Shown piece by piece: positions 28,663 to 39,888 of a stretch of DNA of 64,000 bases (the first letter of the stretch is position 1; each line of letters opens with the position of its first letter). A model generated the notes under the pieces. That model made no database searches. It was not told the origin of the DNA and saw only the letters and a list, made by a program, of their open reading frames with translations. The DNA lies in assembly GCA_037927135.1 (NCBI GenBank), contig JAXSPP010000001.1:256001-320000 (forward strand), given 5' to 3'. Made by a program: the position numbers and the translations under genes. The DNA is from Candidatus Pampinifervens sinense (lineage in GTDB: Bacteria; Aquificota; Aquificia; Aquificales; Aquificaceae).

Positions 28663-29982
28663 ATTTATAATTATATCCTCATTGGCCTCCTTTGACCACT
28701 CTTGCATGGCCCTTAGGGCCCTCTCTGCCAAAAGCTTTTTCCTCTCTTGCTTGTCCTTTACCTTTACATCCAAAGGTGGCAAAAGGCCAAGCACTGGGGA
28801 CATGGGCTGAAGCGTTCCTTCTTTTGTGGTTATATACTTCACCAAAGCTCCAAGCATGGTTTCCTCTGGAGCCATAAGTAGCTTCTTTCCCTTTATAAGC
28901 CTTCCTGCGTTTATGCCAGCCAATATGCCCGTGGCTGCGGAGGCCACATAGCCTTCCACGCCCGTTATCTGCCCAGCAAAGAAGATGTTTTCATACTTTC
29001 TCATGTTCAAAAAGGGCGTTAGCACCCTGTTGGACTGTATGAAAGTATTCCTATGCATGGAGCCAAGCTTTACAAAGACAGCATTCCTCAAGCAGGGTAT
29101 TAGCCTTAGGACCCTCTTTTGCTCCGAGTAGGTCATCCTGGTCTGAAAGCCCACCAAGGAAAGAAGAGTTCCTTCCTTGTTTTCCTTTCTTAGCTGGACC
29201 ACCGCAAAGGGTTGTTTTCCAGTCCTTGGGTCCACAAGGCCCACGGGCTTCATAGGCCCAAAGAGCAAGGTCTTATAGCCCCTTTCGGCCATCTCCTCTA
29301 TGGGCATACAGCCCTCAAAACAAACAAGGTTTTCAAATTCCTTTGGCTTTATCTTCTCAGCCTTCAAAAGCTCCTCATAAAAGACCCTATACTCCTCCTC
29401 TGTAAGCACGCAGTTAAAGTAATCATCCCCACCCTTCCCATAACGGGAAGCCCAAAAGCCCTTTGAAAAGTCCACGCTGTCGGCCTCCACTATGGGAGCT
29501 ATGGCATCGTAAAAGTAAAGGTAATCAAAGCCTACCAGCTCCTTTATGTCTTCCGCCAGAGCTTCGGAGGTAAGGGGCCCAGAGGCCACTATCACCACCC
29601 TATCCCTTGGAACCTTCTTTACCTCTTCCCTTACAAGCCTTATGTTGGGATGATCTTGTATCTTCTTTGTTATATAATCGGAAAAGATTTCTCTGTCCAC
29701 CGCCAAGGCAGTGCCCGCAGGCACATAGGCATACCTGCCAGCGGAGACCACAAGAGAATCAAGCATCTCCATCTCAGCCTTAAGAAGCCCTGCACCGGAA
29801 GTGATTTCCATACTACCAAGGGTGTTGCTACATACAAGCTCGGCAAGCTTATCCGTCCTGTGAGCTGGCGTGGGCCTTTGAGGCCTCATCTCATAAAGAA
29901 GCACCCTTATGCCCATGTTGGCCAGCCTGTAGCTGGCCTCCACACCCGCCAAACCACCACCTATTACAATCACCTCTTCCAT
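28639..29982 (-). CDS. trmFO: Folate-dependent tRNA m5U54 methyltransferase
   Basis: GGGLAGVE, AELVCSN, FYDAIAP, HRNTFI, FAGQITGVEGY motifs; ATG 29982. Confidence 0.95.
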   Translation of the reverse strand: MEEVIVIGGGLAGVEASYRLANMGIRVLLYEMRPQRPTPAHRTDKLAELVCSNTLGSMEITSGAGLLKAEMEMLDSLVVSAGRYAYVPAGTALAVDREIFSDYITKKIQDHPNIRLVREEVKKVPRDRVVIVASGPLTSEALAEDIKELVGFDYLYFYDAIAPIVEADSVDFSKGFWASRYGKGGDDYFNCVLTEEEYRVFYEELLKAEKIKPKEFENLVCFEGCMPIEEMAERGYKTLLFGPMKPVGLVDPRTGKQPFAVVQLRKENKEGTLLSLVGFQTRMTYSEQKRVLRLIPCLRNAVFVKLGSMHRNTFIQSNRVLTPFLNMRKYENIFFAGQITGVEGYVASAATGILAGINAGRLIKGKKLLMAPEETMLGALVKYITTKEGTLQPMSPVLGLLPPLDVKVKDKQERKKLLAERALRAMQEWSKEANEDIIINSPATGQG

Positions 29983-30011
29983 AAGCTTTATTTTATAATA
30001 ATACGCTGGGG

Positions 30012-31050
30012 GTGGCACTTTTGAAAGAGCTTTGGCTTTTTATTGCTTCATTCCTTCTCTCTTTTACAGCCTGCTATCTTTTCATAAGGTTTAACCCCTT
30101 TGGCAGTTGGGCCTATGACCCTACCTCCGGTGGCCCTCAGAAGTTTCACACCAAGCCTGTGCCAAGGGTGGGAGGCCTTGCCATATTTATAACACTTTTG
30201 TTCTTCTCCCTCTTCGAAGGTTCCTATTGGACCCTTGTCCTATGCACTCTTCCTGCCTTTTTGGGTGGCCTTTTGGAGGACCTTACCAAAAGGGTGGGAG
30301 TAAGAGAGCGCTTTTTCCTTACCATGCTTTCCGGCGCCCTTGGCTACTTTCTCCTTGATGCCTACATAAACCGTGTGGACCTTCCCATCTTTGACCACCT
30401 TTTGAGCCTCTCCCTTGCATCCTTTGCCTTTACAGTCTTTGCAGTAGGTGGAGTGGCCAACGCCATAAACATAATAGATGGCTACAACGGCCTTGCCAGC
30501 GGCGTATCCCTCCTTAGCCTCTTGGCCCTTGGCTATGTGTCTTATTTGGTGGGGGACTATCATCTTGCCAAGCTGTGCCTCCTTTTATGCTGTGCCATCT
30601 TAGGCTTTTTCCTTTGGAACTACCCTTCCGGAAGTATCTTTTTAGGCGACGGTGGAGCCTACCTCCTTGGCTTCCTGATAGCGGAAGTGAGCGTGCTTTT
30701 GGTTCAAAGGAACCCAGAGGTCTCCCCATGGTTCCCCTTGCTTGTGGTAGCCTACCCGGTGGTGGAAACACTTTTTTCTATTTATAGGAGAAAAATTCTA
30801 AGAGATATTAGCCCAGGAGAGCCAGATAGACTACATTTACACTCTCTCATATACAAAAGGCTGGTAAAGGTGGAAGACAAGCTTCTAAGAAACTCCATGA
30901 CCTCCCCCTACCTATGGACCCTAAGCCTCCTAAGCATAATTCCCGCCGTGATCTTTTGGAGGAATACTTTAACTTATAGCACTTTTCCTTTGCTTTGTGT
31001 GGGTTTATGTGGTTTTTTATAGAAGGTTGGTGAGGTTTGGGAGGGTATGA
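30012..31050 (+). CDS. WecA/MraY-family undecaprenyl-phosphate sugar-phosphate transferase; apparent frameshift near 30970
   Basis: PRVGG, NAINIIDGYNGL, IFLGDGGAY, PDRLHLH motifs; a natural TM-plus-basic C-terminus (LIALFLCFVWVYVVFYRRLVRFGRV*) lies in another frame ending at 31050. Confidence 0.85.
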
Positions 31051-31065
31051 AGGAGGTAATTTTAT

Positions 31066-32599
31066 ATGAGTGCTGAGTCAAAAGTCTCTAAGAATTATCC
31101 TACAAAATTGATCCTTGCTCGGAACACAATTTTCAATTTTATTGGACAGGCTATTCCTCTTATAGCAGGTATAATAACTTTACCATTTATAATTAAAGGC
31201 TTAGGTACACAACGTTTTGGCCTTCTATCCTTAGCTCTGGTTATTTTAGGGTATTTTGCGGTATTTGATTTAGGACTGGGACGAGCTACAACCAAATTCG
31301 TAGCCGAGTCTGTTGGCAAAGGTGAAAAAGAAAAAATTTCTATAATAGTTTGGACTTCCGTTACTATTCAGTTTATCTTTGGCATGATAGGAACCTTTAT
31401 ATTTTTAGCTATAGTTCCTGTATTAGCTACAAAACTATTGAATATTCCCCCAGAGCTTCAAACAGAAGCAAAATCTACCTTCTATATGCTTGCTTTTACT
31501 TTACCTATTCTTTTAATTTCAAGCTCCTTTAGAGGAGTTTTAGAAGCTTTTCAGAGATTTGATCTTGTAAATATAATAACAATTCCATCCAATAGTATGA
31601 CTTTTATTTTGCCATTAATTGGCATTCACTTAGGATTAAGCCTACCATGGATAGTGGGATTAATTTTAGTTACACGTGTTATGACTTTGTTAACATATTT
31701 GTTTTTCTGTATTCATCTAGTGCCAAGCTTAAAACAATATTCCTATTCCATTGAACTTTTTAAACATCTTTTTTCTTTTGGTTTCTGGATAATGATATCA
31801 AATATAGTCGGTCCAATTTTAGTATACTTAGATAGATTCCTAATAGGTGTTTTTTCCTCTCTTTCTCAAGTTGCATACTATACAGCCCCTTATGAAGCTA
31901 TAACACGTATATGGATAATTCCTTTTAGTCTTGTTTCTACACTCTTTCCCACATTTAGCTCGTTGAGTGCTATAAAAGATATAGAGAAAATAAAATCTCT
32001 CTTTTTTCGCTCTATTAAATATCTCCTAATAATACTTGGACCTATTATAATTTTCATACATAATAGTTTTTGCCCAAGAGCTTCTTATGGTGTGGTTAGG
32101 AAAAGATTTTGCTGAAAATAGTAAAGAAGTGGTTAGGATTTTAGCTTTTGGAGTACTAATAAATTCCTTGGCACATATCCCATATGCTTTATTACAAAGC
32201 TCTGGGAGACCAAATCTAACTGCTAAATTTCATATTATTGAGCTACCCATTTATTTTTTCCTAGCTCTCATATTAGTAAGTAAGTGGGGAATAAATGGTG
32301 CAGCAACTGTTTGGACACTTCGTGTAATTCTTGACACAGCTCTTCTTTATGGTGCTACTTTTAAAATCTATAAATTCTCTTTTAACCTTTTTTCTTCTTA
32401 CAAAATAACCAAAACCCTTTATACGTTGCTAATCTTTGGAAGCTTATTATACACAATAAAGATTTTAAGCTTTTTATTGCATTTCATAATTTTGCTTGTT
32501 TCATTTATAATATGTCTTTTGATTTTTCTTTGGTTTATTTGGTCAAAGGTGCTTGACCAATCTGAAAAGGAGATTATTTTAGGAGGGTTAAGGCTATGA
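31066..32599 (+). pseudogene. wzx: Wzx O-antigen flippase split by a 4-bp CATA duplication
   Basis: DLGLGRATTK and YLDRFLIG motifs; removing one CATA at 32055-32062 fuses ORFs 31066-32115 and 32087-32599. Confidence 0.85.
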
Positions 32600-33639
32600 A
32601 TCTTGAGGAGAGCATTCTTGTAGAGGAAGTAGAGACTTGTCCATTATGTGGAAAAAAGGGAAAATTGATATACAAAGACCTTAGAGACCGCCTCTTTAAT
32701 GCTCCAGGTACATGGTCTCTTATGTACTGTCCAGAATGTGATTTCATGTGGCTTAATCCACGACCTATAGAGAGTGAGATAGGGAAGTTATATCAAAACT
32801 ATTTTACTCACGAACCGGTAAAGCCGAGTAAAAAGAAAGCTGCAAGCTTTCGCAAAGCATTAAAAGCTAAGATTTTGAATGACACTCTTGGATACGCCTT
32901 GGATGCGGAGTATAAAAACAAAGGTTTGGCCTTTTTAATCTGGCTTTTATCCAAGATAGGACCTTTAAAGGAATTGGTTAGTGGAAGTTTAATGTGGCTT
33001 AGAGCAGAAGAAAGAGGAAAACTTTTAGATATTGGCTGTGGAAATGGTTATTTTTTAGCTCAAATGAGAGATTTAGGCTGGGATGTGGTTGGAGTGGAAC
33101 CAGATCCTAATGCTGTAAAAGTAGCAAAAGAAGAGTATGATTTAAATGTATTTTGTGGAGCCATAGAGGAAATAAAATTCCCAGAAAACAGTTTTGATGT
33201 TATTACTATGAACCATGTAATAGAACATGTGCTTGATCCAATTACACTTTTATCAGAGTGTAAAAGAATCCTAAAACCTAATGGTAAATTGATAGTAATA
33301 ACTCCAAATATTAAGAGTTTGGACCACAGATTTTTTAAACAAGATTGGAGAGGCTTAGAACCACCGCGCCATATATATCTTTTTTCATCGAGGTCTTTAA
33401 TAACTTCTGCTGAAAAAGCAGGTTTAAAAGTAAAAAAGGTTTTTACTCCATCTAAGGGAGCTTACTTTATTTGGCTTGCAAGCAGATTAATTAGAAAAAA
33501 TGGCAATCTTCCTGGAGGAACTCCGGAGAGAGTAAATAAAAGTTATAAGCTTGAGGGCTTACTTTTTTGGGGACTTGAATACTTATTAACCAAGTTTTGG
33601 CATGTAGGAGAGGAAATTGTTATGGAGGCTGGGAAGTGA
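32596..33639 (+). CDS. Class I SAM-dependent methyltransferase with N-terminal Zn-ribbon
   Basis: CPLC...CPEC, LLDIGCGNG, HVIEHV, PPRHIYLF motifs. Confidence 0.9.
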   Translation: MNLEESILVEEVETCPLCGKKGKLIYKDLRDRLFNAPGTWSLMYCPECDFMWLNPRPIESEIGKLYQNYFTHEPVKPSKKKAASFRKALKAKILNDTLGYALDAEYKNKGLAFLIWLLSKIGPLKELVSGSLMWLRAEERGKLLDIGCGNGYFLAQMRDLGWDVVGVEPDPNAVKVAKEEYDLNVFCGAIEEIKFPENSFDVITMNHVIEHVLDPITLLSECKRILKPNGKLIVITPNIKSLDHRFFKQDWRGLEPPRHIYLFSSRSLITSAEKAGLKVKKVFTPSKGAYFIWLASRLIRKNGNLPGGTPERVNKSYKLEGLLFWGLEYLLTKFWHVGEEIVMEAGK

Positions 33640-34903
33640 AAAAGAGGTTAAAGATAGATATTAAAAGTTTTATAACAACCCCTTATGGAGCCACGATTTT
33701 CCCAATAGTTCTCCTATTTATATCTTTTTTCTTGCCACCTGAGGTATATGAATACTATGTAAAAGAGCCTAATTATATGTTTATGAATTTTTCTATGTTT
33801 TCTTTTGTCCTGATATGTGTTTTATACTATTACATTGGAGTTTTTATTTTTAGATTTAAACCAATTTTGAATTTAGATCCGCTAAGTAAAGTTCAAATTC
33901 CACCAGCTTTTATCAAATTCATAGCTTTAATAAACATTCTACTATGCTTTTTATATCTATTTTTGATATTCTATTATCTTTCACAATATCTACAAATATC
34001 ACCTATTGATATAGTTAAAGGGAAAGGACAATATATAAAGGATTATCTTGGATCAGCAGTAATCATCCCTTATGGATTGGGTGGCTTGCTAAACTTAAGT
34101 TTAGTTTTACAGATTTTTGTTTGTTATTACTATTATTACGCATTTTATCTTGGAATAAACACACTGACGAAATATTTCTATGTTTCTTCAGCTGTTTTTA
34201 TTATAACATCCATATTATCTGTAAATAGACCAGTTTTATTTATTTATCTAATAAGCTGGTTTTTGATATATACTTTTTTTAAGAATAGAGTGGATTTAAT
34301 TAAGAATTTGACCGGCCTATTTTTGGTTATTATTGTACTGTTTATTATAATATCTTTAATTAGAGAGGGTAAGATAAATCTAACTTTTCTTCTGGATAGA
34401 TTATCTGGCTATACCATAGCGGCATACAACAGACTGGCTTTGATCTTAAGTGGGGATTTGAGTTATGTTAAAGCGGGTATACCAGCTAATTTTTATTTAC
34501 TCCCAGTGCTTAAAATTCCTTTGACGGATTTAGTTTTTCATGATTTCCGTGAATATTCAAGAATTTCATTAGAAACAGTTGGTTCAGCAGGACTAAATTC
34601 CTCCTATAATATGGCTACTTTATTCGGCGGAATTTATCAAGCTGTTGGAATTGCAACTCCATTATATTTCTTCTTTCTGGGAGTTATTGGTAGTAGGTTG
34701 TATATAGCTTTTAAAAGAAGACACCCTTTTGGAATTTTGTTTTACCCCATCTTTTATGCCTCTGTAGCATTTTGGATGATAGATGTTAATGTGTTTTTTT
34801 GTTTTTCTCTCATTTTATAATATCATATATAGCTTTTGCAGTTATCCTTATTTTATATAAAATAATCGCTTCACTAACAAACGAAAGGGTTGAGCTAAAA
34901 TGA
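33636..34903 (+). CDS. Probable Wzy O-antigen polymerase; frameshift in the T7 run at 34794-34800
   Basis: About 10 TM segments within an O-antigen locus; GTGA overlap start; adding one T extends the ORF to an ATGA overlap at 34900-34903. Confidence 0.65.
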
Positions 34904-35775
34904 AAACTATGGCAATATATGTAACCTACAACCCGGATATTGAGCTTTTAGCTAAATCTATTGAAAGTATATATCACCAAGTTGACAAGATTTATGTTGT
35001 TGATAATACACCTGGTGGTTGTAAAGAATTGGAAAGGTTTGCAAAATTAGAAAATATAGAAGTAATTTATCTTCTGGATAATTTTGGTATTGCATATGCT
35101 CAAAATGTGGGGATTAAAAAAGCTTTGGAAGAAGGTGCAGACTATATTATGCTCTCCGACCAAGATACAGTATATCCTGAGAACTATATAAAAGAGATGT
35201 TGAAGGGTTTTTCCTATGATGAAAAAGTTGCAGCTGTTGCTCCAAGGTTTGTGGATATAAATAAAGGTGCGGATTCTTTCTTTATAAGACCGGACTCATG
35301 CTTATTTAAGAAGTTTTATCCAAAAGATGGACTCCATGAAATCATGTTTGCCATAGCCTCTGGTAAAATTATTAAAAGTGAGCTTTTAAAAGATATAGGA
35401 TTAATGATGGAAGAGCTTTTTATAGATTGGGTAGATGTAGAGTGGTGTTTGAGGGCAAGAAAAAAAGGCTATAAAATTATTGGAAACGCTGATGTTATTA
35501 TATACCATGGACACGGCTCAGGTTTTAAAAAAGTTTTATTTAGAAAAATTACATTAAAAAGCCCTTTAAGACAGTACTATTATGTCAGAAATGCTTTTTA
35601 TCTAGGATTATACTCTAACAATCTAAGCTTTGTATGCAGGTTGGTTCACCTTTTAAAGTCTATAAGATATATGATAGCTTACCCCCTTTTAGCCAAACCG
35701 CATCTTACCAATCTTAAATATTGTCTCCTTGGCTTTTGGCACGGAATTACAAAGAGATTAGGAAGGTTAGAATGA
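34900..35775 (+). CDS. GT2 rhamnosyltransferase-like glycosyltransferase
   Basis: VTYNPD, VVDN, NFGIAYAQNVG, DQD, LFIDWVDVEWCLRA, YYYVRN motifs. Confidence 0.88.
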   Translation: MKTMAIYVTYNPDIELLAKSIESIYHQVDKIYVVDNTPGGCKELERFAKLENIEVIYLLDNFGIAYAQNVGIKKALEEGADYIMLSDQDTVYPENYIKEMLKGFSYDEKVAAVAPRFVDINKGADSFFIRPDSCLFKKFYPKDGLHEIMFAIASGKIIKSELLKDIGLMMEELFIDWVDVEWCLRARKKGYKIIGNADVIIYHGHGSGFKKVLFRKITLKSPLRQYYYVRNAFYLGLYSNNLSFVCRLVHLLKSIRYMIAYPLLAKPHLTNLKYCLLGFWHGITKRLGRLE

Positions 35776-36607
35776 CCCACCTTTACGGCTCTATTGTACT
35801 TTATCACAACAAAAAAGAGCAAGTGTTAAAGGCTATAAATAGCTTTCTTAATACTGAGCTAAAGGTTAAGCTATTTTTAGTAGATAACTCCTCTGATGAT
35901 AGTTTGGAAGATCTTAAAAAAAATAGACCCAAGAATAGAATACATCTTTAACAACGCAAACCTTGGCTACGGGAAAGCTCATAATATAGCTATTAGGAGG
36001 TCCATAGAGGATAATGTGCCATACCATCTTGTGCTAAATCCTGATGTTTATTTTGAAAAGGGAGTTTTGGAAAAGCTTTATGAATATATGGAAAATCATC
36101 CAGATGTGGGGAATGTTATGCCAAAAGTGGTTTGCCCAGATGGGTCTATCCAGTATTTATGCAAGCTTCTCCCAACGCCAATAGACCTATTTGTTAGAAG
36201 ATTTATTCCTTTCAAATCCATAAAAGAAAAATTAAACTATAACTATGAACTTAGATGGACAGGATATAACATAGAGATGAATGTACCATTTCTCTCAGGC
36301 TGTTTTATGTTTTTAAGAGTTTCTGTGCTAAAAGAAGTGGGTCTTTTTGATGAGAGATTTTTATGTATGGAGAGGATACGGATTTAAATAGAAGAATACA
36401 CAGGAAATATAAAACTATGTTTTATCCTTACTGCACTGTGGTACATGAACATGGTAGAGAATCTTATAAAAGCTTTAAAATGCTTAAAATTCATGTAATT
36501 AATATGGCAAAATACTTCAATAAATGGGGATGGTTTTTGACAAAGAAAGAGATAGAATAAACAAAAAGGCCATAGAGGAGATAAAAAGGTCCTTAGGTAT
36601 TACGTAA
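35772..36607 (+). pseudogene. GT2 glycosyltransferase broken by three homopolymer indels
   Basis: VDNSS, NLGYGKAHN, LNPD, SGCFMF and FDERF-MYGED motifs are split across three ORFs; indels at A8 35916-23, T5 36358-62 and T5 36534-38. Confidence 0.85.
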
Positions 36608-37442
36608 GATCTAAACAAACCCTTTCTAACTCCTCTCTCCACTCTCTAATCTCTATATCCAGCTCTTTGCTTATCTTTTCATTGCTCATAGCTGACCATC
36701 TTGGCCTTTTGGCTGGTAGGTTAAAGTCCGATTGGTATGCTGGGTAGATAAACTTGTTTATGCCCTTTAATTTGAAAAACTCTTTGGCCCACTCATACCT
36801 TGAGGCATAGCCAGAGTTGGTAAGGTGATAAAGGCCCGTTAGCTCCTTTGAAATAGCCTTTAGGGAGACCTCCACTATGGTGGTAGTAGAAGTAGGCACA
36901 GAAAACTCATCGCAAGCTACCTTTAAAATGTCATTATTTTTGGACCACTCAAGGAGTTTATAGAGGAAGTTTTGGCTTCCGCTTCCGTAGACCCAGCTAA
37001 CTCTAAGGATAAGATAGTCTTCAAGAGTGTTTCTTATGACCTCTTCTCCCAATAGTTTGGAAAGAGCATATTTATTCAAAGGGTTTGGAGTGTCCTCTTC
37101 TGTGTATAGGCCTTCCTTTTTTCCATCAAAAACATAGTCGGTAGAATAATGAACAAGCTTTGCCTTCACTTCCAAAGATGCCAAGGCAAGGTTATAAACT
37201 CCCTGCACATTTACCTTGTAAGCACTATGAAAGTCTGTTTCAGCCTTATCCACATAATTGTAGGCTGCACAGTTTAAAATCACGTGGGGCTTGTATTCTC
37301 TTACCACCTTTATAACTTCCCAAAAATTGGAAATGTCCAAAGTATTCCTATCAAGGGCAAGAAAGTCTGCCTTTACACTTCCTAAGGCTTTTATAAACTC
37401 CTTGGCAAGCTGCCCTTTGGCACCTGTGATTAGGTACTTCAA
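36600..37442 (-). CDS. rfbD: dTDP-4-dehydrorhamnose reductase
   Basis: TGAKGQL, NCAAY, STDYVFDG, YALSK motifs. Confidence 0.95.
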   Translation of the reverse strand: MKYLITGAKGQLAKEFIKALGSVKADFLALDRNTLDISNFWEVIKVVREYKPHVILNCAAYNYVDKAETDFHSAYKVNVQGVYNLALASLEVKAKLVHYSTDYVFDGKKEGLYTEEDTPNPLNKYALSKLLGEEVIRNTLEDYLILRVSWVYGSGSQNFLYKLLEWSKNNDILKVACDEFSVPTSTTTIVEVSLKAISKELTGLYHLTNSGYASRYEWAKEFFKLKGINKFIYPAYQSDFNLPAKRPRWSAMSNEKISKELDIEIREWREELERVCLDLT

Positions 37443-38434
37443 GAGTACACCTTCCTCCAGAGGTTTTTAAGCTCCTCTTCCTTCTCTTGGACCCAGTCTA
37501 AGTGATTTAGATAAAAATCTACGGTAAGCCTTAGGCCTTCTTCAAAGTCTGTTTTTATGCTAAAACCGAGCTCTCTTTTTATCTTTTGGCTGCTCATCCT
37601 GTACCTAAAATCATGCCCTGGCCTGTCCTTTACAAAGGAAATAAGGTCCTCTGGCTTTCCAAGGATCCTTAGAATGGCCTTTACCACCTCTAAGTTTTCC
37701 TTTTCTATGCCGCTACCAAGGTTATAAACCTCTCCTACCTTTCCCTTTTCCATAACAGTCAAAACACCTTCCGCACAATCTTTTACATAAAGCCATTCCC
37801 TTCTATTCTTCCCTGTGCCATATACTGGTATAGGTTCGTTCCTTATGGCCTTTAGGATTACCACTGGTATAAGCTTTTCTGGATACTGCCATGGTCCATA
37901 ATTGTTGGAAGGCCTAACTGTAATAACCGGTAGGTTATAGGTTCGGTAGTAGGCTCTTCCAAGCATGTCTGCAGAGGCTTTGGAGGCAGAGTAGGGTGAG
38001 TTAGGCCTAAGGCAAGAATCTTCCGTAAACTCGCCTTCCAAATCTTCCAGCTCTCCATAGACCTCATCGGTAGATATGTTTATAAACCTTTCCACTTCAA
38101 ACTTTTTTGAAAGGTCAAGTAAGTTAAAGGTGCCTTCCACGTTGGTTTTTATAAAGGATAATGGGTCTAAGATGCTTCTGTCTACATGACTTTCTGCCGC
38201 AAAATGCACCACCATATCTGGCTTTTCTTCCCTAAAGACCTTTTCCAAACTCTCCCTGTCTGTTATATCCACCTGAAAAAACTTTATATGTTTTATCACA
38301 TCTTCAAGCCTTCTTAGGTCTCCTGCATAAGTTAGCTTATCCAAAGCCAAGATATCATATCCCTTCTCCAAGGCCACCTTTACAAAATGACTTCCAATAA
38401 AGCCTGCTGCTCCTGTAATAAGCACTTTTTTCAA
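37439..38434 (-). CDS. rfbB: dTDP-glucose 4,6-dehydratase
   Basis: GAAGFIGS, AAESHVDRS, STDEVYG, YSASK, DRPGHDFRY motifs. Confidence 0.96.
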   Translation of the reverse strand: MKKVLITGAAGFIGSHFVKVALEKGYDILALDKLTYAGDLRRLEDVIKHIKFFQVDITDRESLEKVFREEKPDMVVHFAAESHVDRSILDPLSFIKTNVEGTFNLLDLSKKFEVERFINISTDEVYGELEDLEGEFTEDSCLRPNSPYSASKASADMLGRAYYRTYNLPVITVRPSNNYGPWQYPEKLIPVVILKAIRNEPIPVYGTGKNRREWLYVKDCAEGVLTVMEKGKVGEVYNLGSGIEKENLEVVKAILRILGKPEDLISFVKDRPGHDFRYRMSSQKIKRELGFSIKTDFEEGLRLTVDFYLNHLDWVQEKEEELKNLWRKVYS

Positions 38435-38997
38435 AGTAGGTCCTCCTCTTTTAAGTCTTTAAGATAGGGCAATCTCTTGTCCTTCTCCGAAAGGATCAAA
38501 AGGTTTGGGTCCTTTATGGGCCAATCTATGGCAAGGTCTGGGTCATCAAACCTTATGCCTGCATCATGCCCGGGAGAGTATTCTGAGTGGGAGACCTTAT
38601 AGATAACCTCTGCATAATCGGATAGGACCAAAAAGCCATGGGCAAAGCCTGGGGGTATCCAAAGCATAAGCTGGTTTTCTTCCGAAAGCCTAATGCCAAA
38701 CCACTTCCCAAAGGTTTTGCTTCCCTTTCTAATATCCACAGCCACGTCAAATATCTCACCTTTAACACACCTTACCAGCTTTCCTTGAACCTTTGGCTTC
38801 TTTTGATAGTGTAGCCCTCTTAAGGTACCTTTAACAGAGGCTGAATGATTATCTTGTAAAAACTCCACCTCTATTCCATTTTTGTAAAACTCTGACCTTT
38901 TGTAAAACTCCAAGAAAAAGCCTCTCTCATCCCTAAAGACCTTTGGCCTTATTAAAACCAAGCCCTCAAGTTCAAGCCTCTCAAACTCAAAGGGCAT
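38431..38997 (-). CDS. rfbC: dTDP-4-dehydrorhamnose 3,5-epimerase
   Basis: [25 protein letters not shown] motifs; ATG 38997. Confidence 0.96.
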   Translation of the reverse strand: MPFEFERLELEGLVLIRPKVFRDERGFFLEFYKRSEFYKNGIEVEFLQDNHSASVKGTLRGLHYQKKPKVQGKLVRCVKGEIFDVAVDIRKGSKTFGKWFGIRLSEENQLMLWIPPGFAHGFLVLSDYAEVIYKVSHSEYSPGHDAGIRFDDPDLAIDWPIKDPNLLILSEKDKRLPYLKDLKEEDLL

Positions 38998-39877
38998 GCT
39001 CTTCCTCCACAAGCTTTATAAGATATCTTCCATAATCTGTTTTTGAGAGAGGTTTTGCAAGCTCAAGAAGCTCCTCTTTACTAATCCATCCGTTCCTGTA
39101 GGCTATTTCTTCCAAGCAACCTATCATAAGCCCCGTTTTGTTTTCAATGGTGGAAACAAAGTGGCTTGCTTCCAAAAAGCTATCATAAGTTCCTGCATCA
39201 AACCAAGCAAAGCCCCTTCCAAGGGTCTTAACCTTTAGCTCTCCTATGTTTATGTATTCCTGAAGAACAGAGGTTATCTCAAGCTCTCCCCTCTCGGAAG
39301 GCTTTACCCTTTTGGCAAACTCTACAACCTTTTTGTCAAAGAAGTAAATGCCTATAACCGCAAAATGGGATTTGGGATGCTTTGGCTTTTCTTCTATGCT
39401 TATAACCCTTCCCTTTTCATCAAACTCCACAATACCAAACCTGTGAGGGTCTTTTACATAATACCCAAAGGTATAGGCACCAGTCTTGCCCTCTTCCACC
39501 TCCCTTTTTGCCTGATCAAGCTCCTTCCATACATTGTGTCCATACAAAAGGTTATCACCAAGTAAATACATAACATTGGAGTCTTTTATAAAATCCTCTG
39601 TAAGGATCAAACCCTCTGCAAGGCCGTTAGGCTTTTCTTGAAAAACATAGCTCACATTTAACCCAAGCCTTTGAAGAACTTCAAAAAGCTTTAAAAACAT
39701 AGGCTCATCTTCCGGGTTTATCACAAAGACAATATCCCTAATCTTTAAAAGCATAACTAAGGAAATGGGATAATAGATCATGGGCTTGTTGTAAATGGGA
39801 AGAAAATGCTTGTTTATAAGCTTTGTGGTTGGATATAGCCTTGTGCCACTTCCCCCTGCAAGGATAACAGCTTTCAT
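38987..39877 (-). CDS. rfbA: Glucose-1-phosphate thymidylyltransferase
   Basis: [29 protein letters not shown] motifs; ATG 39877. Confidence 0.96.
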   Translation of the reverse strand: MKAVILAGGSGTRLYPTTKLINKHFLPIYNKPMIYYPISLVMLLKIRDIVFVINPEDEPMFLKLFEVLQRLGLNVSYVFQEKPNGLAEGLILTEDFIKDSNVMYLLGDNLLYGHNVWKELDQAKREVEEGKTGAYTFGYYVKDPHRFGIVEFDEKGRVISIEEKPKHPKSHFAVIGIYFFDKKVVEFAKRVKPSERGELEITSVLQEYINIGELKVKTLGRGFAWFDAGTYDSFLEASHFVSTIENKTGLMIGCLEEIAYRNGWISKEELLELAKPLSKTDYGRYLIKLVEEEHAL

Positions 39878-39888
39878 ATCATACCCCA

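Noticed and set aside
34125-34140. TAT/TAC run encoding YYYYY in wzy
   Set aside because: Imperfect, in-frame low-complexity sequence in an AT-rich gene; not a contingency repeat.
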